Origin: a virus
Lineage: Duplodnaviria > Caudoviricetes
Reading direction: 5' to 3' (one strand)
DNA length: 64,000 bases
Virus record (IMG/VR): IMGVR_UViG_3300001373_000001
Location: 1-64,000 of that record
The notes under the pieces are model-generated. The model saw only the letters and a program-made list of their open reading frames with translations, did not search any database and was not told the origin of the DNA. This document shows positions 20,925 to 31,615 of this stretch, in pieces. The position numbers were made by a program, and so were the translations under genes. Position 1 is the first letter of the stretch. Each line of letters begins with the position of its first letter.

Positions 20925-21116
20925 TTAGAGTATTCGTGAATTCACTGCGATCATAATTACCCCCACACTGTGTGTTATTGATATAAGACTATAGCTAATA
21001 AAAGATTATATAATATTACTATATACTGTTTGTGACTTATAATGGATACTCACTTGGCTTCCTAGATATTGGGTTTTCTACCTGATCACACTGCGTAGGG
21101 TGGTGTCGGGAAAACG

Positions 21117-21130
21117 AGAACAAACGTTCG
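21117..21130. promoter_or_regulatory. LexA/DinR SOS box
   Basis: AGAACAAACGTTCG fits the Firmicutes GAAC-N4-GTTC consensus with correct flanks. Confidence 0.65.
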
Positions 21131-21475
21131 TACTATGCACGTAATATAGGGGAGTGTCGTTCAGAACACCAGAACTTACCAAATTTGGAATAATTTGATT
21201 TGGTGTATATTTTACTTCTATAGTAACTTATGGATATTTTATTACCATAAATTCTAAACTATAACTAATTATGGTTATAGATGAAAACAAGAACACATTT
21301 TTTTATGTCTGGGAAATTTTAACAGTCGAAAAAGATGTATAGATTTATAAATAGATGTATACATATATATACTATATATACTGTAGGTTTAGAAGTGTTC
21401 TATTTGGTAATTAAAGAGCCTGTTAACTGGAAATTATATAGTAACTAGTCTCAAAGTAGCTAATAGCTTGATTCT

Positions 21476-21506
21476 AAATGTAACAAAAGTAGTATTTGTA
21501 ACATTT
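21476..21506. other. candidate tyrosine-recombinase (dif/res-like) site
   Basis: AAATGTAACAAA-agtagta-TTTGTAACATTT: 12-bp inverted arms with 1 mismatch, 7-bp spacer. Confidence 0.45.
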
Positions 21507-21849
21507 CCAATATTGGAATAAAATAGAATTGATATTTCAAGTGCTGTAAACAATTACAGTTATGTAAGTATTTTACTTGTTTGTTAGACTATAGGAGATC
21601 GTATGTTCTTATATATATGGTAGATATTGTAAGTATTATTTATGGGAAAATGTCCAAAAGACGTTGAAAATATACATTTTTTCAGGCAATGAGGCTACCC
21701 TATCGGGTTTTGTCATAACTGGTAATAAATTAAACATTCATAGTCTTACCAAATATATCCTAACAAATATAAACAAATATTCAAACATATGTATCCAAGA
21801 CCTCGTGACATGTCCCCGGACTAGTTTCTACTCAACTATACAGGATTAA

Positions 21850-23440
21850 CTAAAAAACAATAACATACACTATAAAAAACACGCCTTTATTAATAACTAA
21901 CCTTTAACACAACTAATTAACCTTATAACTCTATACAATACTACACTTCAATCAAAACAAATCATATACAACTAATCAAAACAAACAAAAAAATAAAAAT
22001 AATATCACAAAACATAAACATTAAACAAATAACAAATAACAAATAACAAACATTAACTAACTAACAAAACTAACTATTCTATCATTATTAACTAACAACT
22101 ATCTTAGATCACTCAACACTAACAAACATTAACTATTATATAACTAACAATAACATTACATTTAACACAACTAACTAACCTAACAACTTATACAATCACA
22201 GCAACACAGCAACAACAACAAGCATACAACTAATACACTATACTATACATACTATACTATATACATATTATATATATTCTTCTCTCATCTCATCAACTCT
22301 TATACAACTCATTAATTAACATAAATTGCACACAATCTAAACAAACATTGTACACAACACAATTATAAAATCAAATCTTATACAACTCAATAATAAAAAC
22401 ATATTGAATAAAACCAAATATCAAAACTAAATTGTATAAAATATAATCCTAAAATTAAAATATCAAAATCAAATTTTCAAATCAAAATTATTAAATCAAA
22501 ATTATCAAATCAAAAAATACAAATCAAATTGTATCAAACTAAAATAATCAACTCAAAAAAATCAAACATATCTTTAATACAATTCAAATCAAAATATTAA
22601 ACTCAACTCTATAAATATACTAACAATTACCAATATTATTTCCAGCTCTATAATAACTATAACACAATACAATAAACAAATCTAATACAACTAATAAAAT
22701 CTATAACACTACAAACATATACATTACATCAATTAAAACTAACTAACAATAAATTCCATGTATAAATATACCAAACAGGCAGCACGTCCACCAGAGAGCC
22801 ACTAAATTTCCAATACAATATATTCCAATACAAACTATATAACTAAATCTCTAAACTAAACAACACACTACATAAAAACTATAAAACAAATAGTATACAA
22901 CTAATAAACTATAACTTGTATTAAACTAATTGATACAAATAATCTATATAAAATAACTAAACTAAAACAGTATAATATATATCTATCTTGAACGCAAAAT
23001 AAGCACACTACAAGCATAATAAAGAGAGTGCGCTAATAATATAAAATACTAAAAACATAATGCTACAATAAGCATATAAGCAGTAAAGCATATAAGCAGT
23101 AAAGCATATAAGCAGTACTATTATATAAGCAGTACTACATAACTATATCTGTATAGCTGTAATCAAACTAACTAATAAACTAATAACTGAGTCGCTAAAA
23201 CTAAACATCTAACTATCAATAAAGCTGTAAAGCTATATACACCTTTTAAGCTCTTTTAATCATATCAACCTTATAAAATTACATCTAAATATAAACATCG
23301 CTCAACACACCTTAAAACGTCAAATAACACTATATCCTAAACAATCCCATAATACTAAAAACAGGATCTTAAATCAAACTAATATTGTTAAAAAATTAAC
23401 ACACTATAATAAAAAAAGACTAGTATAAAACTAGTCTAGT
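21850..23440. other. non-coding, extremely G-poor (A/C-rich) block I
   Basis: no credible ORF; G nearly absent on + strand; AACAAAT and ATCAAA micro-repeats. Confidence 0.8.
23070..23134 (+). repeat. 16-bp tandem repeat AAGCATATAAGCAGTA x3 plus one variant
   Basis: copies at 23070, 23086, 23102; variant at 23118. Confidence 0.9.
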
Positions 23441-23443
23441 AAA

Positions 23444-24031
23444 TTATTTTTTTGAATGAAATGAATCAATTAAAAATTCTAAAGTATAGTTGGTTAATAT
23501 CCAACTTATTTCATCTATATCAATTTTATTCGATTTACAATCACTCAAATTATTACAAACATTAACTAAATCATTAAAGCTGTATTGATAACTTGATACA
23601 ATAGTATGTATTACTTCAATTCCATTTTCAAACGTTTCAATTATAAATTCATGTTTGTATAATCTCTTAGTATCGCTTTCGATCGCAATCAATAACTTTA
23701 ATAAAGATTCATACTTAAATGATAAATCAAAATTATCTTTACTATTACACCTATCGATTCTATTCTTCAAATAATCGTACAAATAACTAAATAAAGTCAT
23801 AAAATTATTACTCTCATCTATATAAAACTTTAATTCATAATCACTATTAACATTTTTTGAATTGTATTCAATCTTAATACTACACTTATAACAAAGTTTT
23901 TTGTTATGTACGTCTCTATTCATAAGCATAAAAGCATTATTAAAAGCCTTTAAAGTATTAAAACTTTGCTCAAAATCATGGTATTTTTTACCCTCATATT
24001 TTAAATAAATCTTTAACATTCTATACCTCAA
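23444..24031 (-). CDS. hypothetical protein, paralog of 24241
   Basis: YEGK..H.F...FN, LKFY, ESD.KR.Y.HEFIIE shared. Confidence 0.75.
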   Translation of the reverse strand: MRYRMLKIYLKYEGKKYHDFEQSFNTLKAFNNAFMLMNRDVHNKKLCYKCSIKIEYNSKNVNSDYELKFYIDESNNFMTLFSYLYDYLKNRIDRCNSKDNFDLSFKYESLLKLLIAIESDTKRLYKHEFIIETFENGIEVIHTIVSSYQYSFNDLVNVCNNLSDCKSNKIDIDEISWILTNYTLEFLIDSFHSKK

Positions 24032-24239
24032 AGCTTTCTATAATATACTTACCGTTTCTAGTTGCTACACACATATAATTACGTGCGCTTAATGCTTCTA
24101 TCTCAAAACAATTTAACTTGCATATATACAAGCCGTCAACTTCAACCTTCTTTATAATATAATTAATTCTAGACTTGTTTACAACTAAGTTATTATTGCA
24201 TACAATTCTATACATGTTGTTTCTTAAATTATTATTCAT
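24021..24239 (-). CDS. hypothetical protein
   Basis: GAGGT RBS, coupled to neighbours. Confidence 0.6.
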   Translation of the reverse strand: MNNNLRNNMYRIVCNNNLVVNKSRINYIIKKVEVDGLYICKLNCFEIEALSARNYMCVATRNGKYIIESFEV

Positions 24240-24240
24240 T

Positions 24241-24789
24241 TTACACCTCTAAATTTAAATCAATTTTAAACTTTTCTATCAAATAATCTAGTCTATGAGT
24301 TGTTATTTTATAAGTACTATCTTTTCTATATAGGTTATTACATACCTTTTCTAAAGTCTCAAAATCTAACTGTACTTTATCTATAATACTGTGTATACAA
24401 CACGATTTATTTATTGATTCAATTATAAATTCGTGAATATACACACGCTTTGAATCGCTTTCATTAGCTATTATAAGATACTTCAAATTTCTAAAAGTAT
24501 TCATTAGTTTAAAATTCTTATCTCTTTCGAACCTATTTATATTTAAATCAATATAATGTATCAAAAAATTATAAAATAAATAATTAGTTTTCTTGCAAAC
24601 ATAAAATTTCAAATCAAACAATTCAATATCATTTTCTAAAATCAATAAATGACACTTAAACGTGGTTTCCTCGTCGACGGCTTCAAAATTCTTGAACATA
24701 AATATATTTGATATATCTTGAATACAATTAAATTGAGTACTAAAATTGTGCAACTCTTTTCCTTCATAATTCAGCTTATAATTAATCAT
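24241..24789 (-). CDS. hypothetical protein, paralog of 23444
   Basis: as for 23444. Confidence 0.75.
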   Translation of the reverse strand: MINYKLNYEGKELHNFSTQFNCIQDISNIFMFKNFEAVDEETTFKCHLLILENDIELFDLKFYVCKKTNYLFYNFLIHYIDLNINRFERDKNFKLMNTFRNLKYLIIANESDSKRVYIHEFIIESINKSCCIHSIIDKVQLDFETLEKVCNNLYRKDSTYKITTHRLDYLIEKFKIDLNLEV

Positions 24790-25466
24790 TCTATCACCTC
24801 TTTTTTATTTAAATAAACCTCATTCAAACTATCCCAAATTGACACGTTATTTAGACAACTTCTCACAATCTCATTAGTGCAATTGTCTAATACCTTGTCA
24901 ATTCGCTTTTCTGAGTTGCAAATTTTCAAAATCTTAATTAACTTTTCCAATACAACGTTGCTACTTTTTTCGTTCTCTTTACTAGTGTTTTTAACCTTCA
25001 ACACTAGTGTACAAGTGCTTTTATCAAAAATCAAATTGGTTTCAATATTATTTGATATATTAAAATATCTATGTACAAAATCCAGAAAATTATTTATTTT
25101 GTACTCGTTATTAAATAACACATAATTTTTTATGTTTATCAAAATTGTGTATTCGCCTTTAATAGCATTGTTTAACGACTGCAAATAGTCTAATTTAAAA
25201 CTACTTGTAATCAAATTACTAGTACACATATTAACAGTATTGAATCGACTTAAAGTTATTTTCTTTTCTTTTAACTCATCAATTTTAATATCGCTTTTAT
25301 CATAGAACAACAAGCAACAATTAATAGTTTTTGCAGTACTTGAATTATATACAAAGTTATAAAACTCATTAAATTTAAGTTTCATACAATTTATACATAA
25401 CCCTTTAGAATCTCTTAATAGGTTTATTTCTTTTGTTATATTAATATTCTTACAATACATACACAT
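24786..25466 (-). CDS. hypothetical protein with N-terminal Cys4
   Basis: CMYC...CINC. Confidence 0.65.
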   Translation of the reverse strand: MCMYCKNINITKEINLLRDSKGLCINCMKLKFNEFYNFVYNSSTAKTINCCLLFYDKSDIKIDELKEKKITLSRFNTVNMCTSNLITSSFKLDYLQSLNNAIKGEYTILINIKNYVLFNNEYKINNFLDFVHRYFNISNNIETNLIFDKSTCTLVLKVKNTSKENEKSSNVVLEKLIKILKICNSEKRIDKVLDNCTNEIVRSCLNNVSIWDSLNEVYLNKKEVIE

Positions 25467-25471
25467 AATAA

Positions 25472-25816
25472 TTACACCTCGTCGCTTTCATTTTTATTGC
25501 AATCGCTACAATAACAAGTAGTATACTTATTTACAACCTGTTTTAAATCTTTTAAGCTGTATAAAATATAAGTAGCTGTATAATTATTAATTGTGTGATT
25601 AATTTCAATTATATTGCCTTTAAGCGCTTCATTATAACAACGTGATTTAAAATGATTATGTATATTTTCATTAATCATTTTTTCAAAGTAAAGCATACTT
25701 TCATTTGTATTCATTTCAAACAATCTTTTTAAGCAATCTATTACTACTTTATCATTAGTTTTGTTTTGTTTCATAACTTTTAATATGTTTAGTACTTTTT
25801 CTTGATTTTTATTCAT
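25472..25816 (-). CDS. hypothetical protein
   Basis: AGGTGG RBS. Confidence 0.65.
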   Translation of the reverse strand: MNKNQEKVLNILKVMKQNKTNDKVVIDCLKRLFEMNTNESMLYFEKMINENIHNHFKSRCYNEALKGNIIEINHTINNYTATYILYSLKDLKQVVNKYTTCYCSDCNKNESDEV

Positions 25817-25936
25817 TTTTTAGCCACCTTTTTTAATTTTTACAAGCTAACTTTTAACCTTCAAAAATTAACTTGATTAAAACTAAAAAGTTCGTACACT
25901 AGCAAGCTTTTACACTTGCTAGAAGTACTTTTAAAC

Positions 25937-26128
25937 CTATTTAAACAATTCTAGAACTTGACTATAAGTAACGTTTACACTTCTAATATAAACATTTTGT
26001 GCAATGTCTATATTAGATAATAAACCTTTTTCTATTAAATTAAAAAGTCTTTGATACTCTGTATTTGAACCGTTTGTATACAAGTTGTTTTGTATACAAA
26101 TAGTTCTTACTTTATCCCAGCTAATCAT
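25937..26128 (-). CDS. hypothetical protein
   Basis: GAGGTG RBS, overlaps the upstream stop. Confidence 0.65.
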   Translation of the reverse strand: MISWDKVRTICIQNNLYTNGSNTEYQRLFNLIEKGLLSNIDIAQNVYIRSVNVTYSQVLELFK

Positions 26129-26705
26129 TTATATTCACCTCACTACTTTCAAAATATTTTACTACCTCGTCAAACTTCACTAAACGCCTGTAATCTTGAT
26201 TGTAGAATTCTAAGTCACCTATATTTTTTGACATATTATATATCATATCAAGTGTATCTTGATAGAATACATATTCATTAATGCAATAGTAAATTTGACC
26301 GTCCGATAATTCTTTTAGTTTCAATACTTGTGTTTTAAACGATTGACCATTTTCACATTCAAAACGGTCTAAAAGTTCATAGTCAATTAAGTTTTCAATG
26401 TTTTCTAAACAATTATAAGTTCTATAATCCTTATACCTGTAATATTTCTCTGTGTTCAACTCATCAATAAAATCTTTAACGCTAATAATCCTATTTTCAA
26501 ATCTGACAAAGTATTTATCATTGTGAATACTTTCTAAGTCATCAAATATACTCATGTCGCATAATCCACTAATCAAGCGACTAACCTCATTCAAACTATC
26601 TTTTTCAAATAGTTGAAAATCAGCCGTAAACATCTGCAATACCCTATTTTCGTACGCTACAAAACTTTTATTATCATTAGTAGCGATTGTAATTTTTTTA
26701 CCCAT
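26121..26705 (-). CDS. hypothetical protein, first gene of the leftward operon
   Basis: start reassigned to ATG at 26705 (MGKKITI) after AGGTGG. Confidence 0.7.
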   Translation of the reverse strand: MGKKITIATNDNKSFVAYENRVLQMFTADFQLFEKDSLNEVSRLISGLCDMSIFDDLESIHNDKYFVRFENRIISVKDFIDELNTEKYYRYKDYRTYNCLENIENLIDYELLDRFECENGQSFKTQVLKLKELSDGQIYYCINEYVFYQDTLDMIYNMSKNIGDLEFYNQDYRRLVKFDEVVKYFESSEVNIND

Positions 26706-26812
26706 TTTTTTAGTCCACCTTTTTATTATTAATATTAACTCAAAACGTGTAGTATTGCACGTTGTGAGCTTGTTTTTAATAACAACTAAGCGACTTATTA
26801 ACCTCAACCAAC

Positions 26813-26832
26813 TATTCAATTATCAAAGTTCA
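26813..26832 (-). promoter_or_regulatory. boxA-like antitermination site
   Basis: TGAACTTTGATAATTGAATA, 17/20 identical to the copy at 29252. Confidence 0.55.
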
Positions 26833-26983
26833 ACTAACATAGTGTTAGCGCTGTCTATAACTGTTATTACAACTATACGACTATAGATATCAGAACGATA
26901 TCAGAACATAGTCATAACTATAATAAATTGAAGAATGCTTGATGTAAACAAGTTGTGCTTGTGTACCGATTGGGTACATTACA

Positions 26984-27012
26984 ATAGTAACACCATGCAC
27001 AAACAAAGTCAA
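26984..27012 (-). promoter_or_regulatory. sigma-A promoter, leftward
   Basis: TTGACT-17-TACTAT with extended TG and upstream A-rich tract. Confidence 0.75.
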
Positions 27013-27019
27013 CAACTTT

Positions 27020-29050
27020 TTTTAAATATTTTTTAAAATACCTACAACGTACTAATACCAATGCATATAGCCATTATATTTTTTTAAAAACTAACCCATT
27101 AACTGTAATCAAATCCACTAAATAACATAAATCTAAATACATATAGTGTAACAACTAACAAACAATACCAAATATACCATAAAACAATTTTAAAAAATTA
27201 TATGTATTACCAAATCATACAAGTAGATTTTACCAGTAGATACCAGCATTACAACTATATACCATCAAATTCAATACATAATATCCCAAAGCTAACACTA
27301 TATTACATCTATAAATAGTATACAATCTAAATATTTTTAAAATTAATCAAAAAAAGACCTCTAAAACATAAAACTATATAACCTTACAATCCAGCAACTA
27401 AACGGATACAAACAATAAGCACGCCAAAACTAACTAAATAAAAAACTTTAAAATATTTTAATAAACGTTTAAAACACCTCTTAAAGCTCTCGTTGATCAC
27501 TAATAAAACTAATTAAACTAACCTATTTTAAAGTCGCTGTATACCCTTTAAAATCTCAACTAGAGCTATATTAAAACAGTATCGAAACACAACTAATAAA
27601 TAAACTCGATATTACTCAAATTTAAACATATTTTTATAACTTTAATACAATTAGAATATATACAATCTATTACAATAAAATGCTTGAAGTGTGCAATAGC
27701 AGTACATTATAAGCATACTAAAAACCTATAGACTTATCCATAAGCAGTCAAAAATCAAACCTGCATAAATACCAATAATACCAGCAAATCCAGTATTAAC
27801 AACGTTTTAACGCTTACATAAAATCAACACTAAAACGTCAAAAAAGCATAAGCAGCTAGTTACCACATAATGTAAAACTCCTGCATAGGCAGTCATTACA
27901 GTATCATAAGCACTAATAATCCTTATAACGTACTATAATAGCCAAAATATAAGCATACAACACAATCAAACATAGTCAAATAAATAAATATATGATATAC
28001 TACAATCTAACCTAAAAAATTACTTCTATATATAACAAAAAAACAACTCAAAAATATATCCCAGAATATACCAAATATAAATTTGGCGAATGACTAAGTT
28101 ATATTTACAAATATTAACAAATATAGTCTGCTGGGTAACTTTTCTAGTTATATTTACATCATATTCTATATAATACATATATTTACATTTTCAATATCGT
28201 GGTGGATCTGTACGCATCTATAATTCTCGAGTTCCCATAAATCTAATATCCACAATCTCTAACACACTCATTTTTAAAGATAAGTTCGCATTATCGTGTG
28301 TAAAATATAGGTCTGGCGAATTCTATCGGTCAAAAAATTCTAGTCAAATAATTCTACTCTAAGGATATCCAAGCACTCAAAAATATATCGATTTCTTATC
28401 AAAATAGATACTTGCAAAATATCATTAAAATACACTCATCTAATACAGTAATACCATATGTTTTACATATATAAAAAACATATAAAAACTACCTTAAAAT
28501 CCATGATCGGAACAACAAAAATTAATAACATTTTAATATATGTTTAGTATATTATTATTATATTTTTATTAATCACATAACATAAACTAATTATATATAT
28601 CTTATATACTTAATCCTGTATACCTAACCAAACAACTCTAAAACATATCTTATCTATCTAACATCTATCAAAATCCTATCTCATAAACTCACAATAGCCT
28701 TATTTAACGTTTATAGCCTCATAGAGCGACTTTATTATAAAAGATATCATATTATATAGCCAACACTAAAACAGCTATTATATGACCAAATACGAGCGCA
28801 CAATAAATAATACATATTACAACAATATAACAATAAATATTATATATAATGCATATAACCAATAAACTAACTATGCTTACAATATTATACATTAGGCAGC
28901 TGGATCAATTAAACTTTATCAAAAAAACTTTTAAAAAATTCTACAAATATATTACATATATTACAAATAAATATAATTGCATAAAACTAATTAATCCTTT
29001 AAAGCTACTATAATACTACACTATAAAATATATAAAATAATTTAAAAAAA
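27020..29050. other. non-coding A/C-rich block II between divergent promoters
   Basis: about 2 kb without ORFs, strong C over G skew. Confidence 0.8.
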
Positions 29051-29053
29051 ATG

Positions 29054-29082
29054 TTGACATTGTACTTGCATAGTCGTATAAT
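29054..29082 (+). promoter_or_regulatory. consensus sigma-A promoter, rightward
   Basis: TTGACA-17-TATAAT preceded by A tract. Confidence 0.88.
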
Positions 29083-29251
29083 TATAAATGTCGAAAGACA
29101 AGCGACACACTAATTGAATATATAACTTAATTACAGTTACAATTATTGTTGCTGTAAGCTTAATAGCTATATTAGAAATAGCATACATATTAATAGCTTG
29201 CACACGCTAGACTTTAGACTAATAGCATCGTTCGACTCGATACTAGTAAAT

Positions 29252-29271
29252 TGAACTTTGAAAACTAAATA
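29252..29271 (+). promoter_or_regulatory. boxA-like antitermination site
   Basis: TGAACTTTGAAAACTAAATA resembles Firmicutes rrn boxA (CTTTGAAAACT). Confidence 0.6.
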
Positions 29272-29529
29272 TAATGATATTATTTGATTTGATTTTACGA
29301 TTTAATTTTAAATAATATCTGTACAATGTTTGATAATGATTTTTTAAAATCAAATTTAGTGCCACAAACCACTAGAGTAGTACATTTTAAAATATTATAA
29401 TCAAACTGAATACTATAAAATTCTATTGCATTATATCAATATGAATTGTTAGATTCAAATTGTATAGATACCATTTTGAAATTAAAAAAATGAAATTAAA
29501 AAAATAGAATTAAAAAGGGGTTTTGAAAA

Positions 29530-30069
29530 ATGAAATATGTATACTTCAAAAATGTAAACTCTAATGATGATATGAAAATGCAATATAGAAAACTTGCTAA
29601 ACAATATCATCCAGATTTTAACAATGGAGATAATGAAAAAATGAAAGTTATCAATAATGAATATGATAACTTGACAACATATAAAGATTATCATAATACC
29701 TTTACATATGATGCAGAACAACAACAACAACAAACTAATACAAACAATTTTAGCGATGAAAATCAAGAATTTAGAGATATCATTAATGATTTAATAAATC
29801 TTGATGATATTGAAATTAGTATTGTTGGTAGCTGGTATTGGATAGATGGTAACACCGAACCACATAAAGACATATTTAAAAGATATGGTTTTGAGTGGAA
29901 AAGGAAGACTTCAAGATGGTATAAAAAGCCTAACTGGTATAGATTTAGTAAAGCAGAAACTAAGAATAAAACCTTTAATCTAGAAGAACACTACAAGGAT
30001 AAGACATTTATTATAAAAGAGCGTACTAAACCAAGCGAATTGAATTCAAAAAAATATGCAATAAACTAA
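29530..30069 (+). CDS. J-domain (DnaJ-like) protein
   Basis: YRKLAKQYHPD...MKVINNEY. Confidence 0.88.
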   Translation: MKYVYFKNVNSNDDMKMQYRKLAKQYHPDFNNGDNEKMKVINNEYDNLTTYKDYHNTFTYDAEQQQQQTNTNNFSDENQEFRDIINDLINLDDIEISIVGSWYWIDGNTEPHKDIFKRYGFEWKRKTSRWYKKPNWYRFSKAETKNKTFNLEEHYKDKTFIIKERTKPSELNSKKYAIN

Positions 30070-30095
30070 ATTAAAATAAAAGGGGATATAAAAAA

Positions 30096-30920
30096 ATGGC
30101 TACAAAAATGATTGATAATAATGTATTAAACCCAATGGGAATAACAACGGAAGAGATGTTTATAAGTTGTCCGTCAATATTCGCAACAAAAAAACATGAG
30201 TCAAGAAGTGACAATTATACTTATGTAAGTACTTTCAATATCTTAGATAACCTCAAGGAACAAGGATTTTTTCCCGTTGCTTGTAATCAATCTAATACAA
30301 GCGATGAAACAAAAAAATGTTTTACTAAACACTTAGTAAAATTAAGGCATAGAGATGAATTAAACAATCAAAAAGAGGATACGCACGAAATCGTACTTGT
30401 TAATTCGCATGATGGAAAATCAGCTTATCAAATGAGTTCTGGAGTATATCGCAAGGTTTGCTCAAATGGTCTTATAGCATTCACAAATCAACAAAGTTAC
30501 TCAGTTAGACACCAAGGAAACATACACCAAAATGTATATGATGTTTCTTACAAGATTATTGAGGATAAAAAGGAAATCATGTCTAACATTCAAGAAATGA
30601 AATCTATAGCATTAACTAACAATGAAAGAATTGAACTTGCAGAATTCGCAATATCCACAAAATACAACTCAGAAAAGGACGGAGAACTAATCGAGCCAAA
30701 GAATTTATTAGTACCTAAAAGAAGTTATGACAAAGGAATAGACCTATATACCACATTTAACATTGTTCAAGAAAATTTAATTCGTGGAGGAATCAAGACT
30801 ACAAAACGTACTACTACTAGACCTATCAAAAATATAGACCAGGATTTAAAGATTAATAAACTTCTCTATCAATTTGTTAATGATATGAGAAAATCAAAAG
30901 CTACTAGGAGGGCAATATAA
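30096..30920 (+). CDS. DUF932/DUF945 family protein
   Basis: PSIFA...SRSD.Y..V.T, FTKH..LR, LVNSHDG, G.YR.VC.NG, FN.VQEN..RGG. Confidence 0.88.
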   Translation: MATKMIDNNVLNPMGITTEEMFISCPSIFATKKHESRSDNYTYVSTFNILDNLKEQGFFPVACNQSNTSDETKKCFTKHLVKLRHRDELNNQKEDTHEIVLVNSHDGKSAYQMSSGVYRKVCSNGLIAFTNQQSYSVRHQGNIHQNVYDVSYKIIEDKKEIMSNIQEMKSIALTNNERIELAEFAISTKYNSEKDGELIEPKNLLVPKRSYDKGIDLYTTFNIVQENLIRGGIKTTKRTTTRPIKNIDQDLKINKLLYQFVNDMRKSKATRRAI

Positions 30921-31531
30921 TGAATATAACAATTAAAATCAATAATATAGAGTATTCTGGTTACTGGAATAAAAAAATATACTTCATGAAGGGTAGTAAG
31001 AACTACATATACATTGAAGGCGAAAAAGTAATCATATCTAAAGAGATAGAAAACCAATTATATGAAATGACTAGAGAGGGGACAACAAGCCAAGAAGTCC
31101 AAGACTCTAGATATCAATTCATTATCCAAGCAGACTTAAAAAAACTAGAACTTTTAAGAAATCCTAAAACAAATATAATTTCTAGAGTAGTAAACACATG
31201 GATAGACTCAAATGGTATTAATCAATGTTTGTGTGACTCTAGGCGAACTAATACGAAAGATATAGAAAAGTATATCAGATTTGAAATAGAAAGCTTGAGA
31301 AGGCAAAATAATAACTATGCAATACCTAACTTCTATCAATTCGACGGTCGATATATCCACGAAAATAATAAATGTTGGTATGAGTGTTGGAGTTTTGGAG
31401 TCGAAAAAATCTATACAATACATGAAAATTTAAGTTTTAATAAAATTAGTGAGATATTTATTAATGAATTCAACACAAGAAAATACATAAATTTTAAATA
31501 TGGTGACTGTGAGTTTTTAAAAATCCAATAA
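30920..31531 (+). CDS. hypothetical protein
   Basis: translationally coupled ORF. Confidence 0.7.
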   Translation: MNITIKINNIEYSGYWNKKIYFMKGSKNYIYIEGEKVIISKEIENQLYEMTREGTTSQEVQDSRYQFIIQADLKKLELLRNPKTNIISRVVNTWIDSNGINQCLCDSRRTNTKDIEKYIRFEIESLRRQNNNYAIPNFYQFDGRYIHENNKCWYECWSFGVEKIYTIHENLSFNKISEIFINEFNTRKYINFKYGDCEFLKIQ

Positions 31532-31533
31532 TC

Positions 31534-31580
31534 TAGATTGCATGGTTAGCTTAAGAGTGGTTCAACTCCACTCTGGTCTA
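31534..31580 (+). ncRNA. mini tRNA-like element (acceptor-like stem plus T-arm)
   Basis: TAGATT/GGTCTA stem stacked on AGAGTGG-TTCAACT-CCACTCT. Confidence 0.45.
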
Positions 31581-31615
31581 TATATCAAATAAAAATAAAA
31601 AGGTGGTTTTAAAAA

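Noticed and set aside
21057-21070. Bacillus-type dif site (CTTCCTAGA)
   Set aside because: Only part of one arm matches; the TTATGT arm is absent
21664-21849. 61-aa ORF across the skew switch
   Set aside because: No clear RBS and no recognisable features
22197-22215. two more ACAGCAA words
   Set aside because: In low-complexity A/C-rich DNA with no flanking helix; expected by chance
22180-22400. DnaA-box cluster (TTATACAA words)
   Set aside because: They do not match TTATNCACA well enough
23070-23134. second CRISPR array
   Set aside because: Head-to-tail repeats without spacers
28190-28400. cluster of 6-bp restriction-type palindromes (CTCGAG, GAATTC, GATATC, ATCGAT)
   Set aside because: Cannot show enrichment over chance by eye; not polylinker-like
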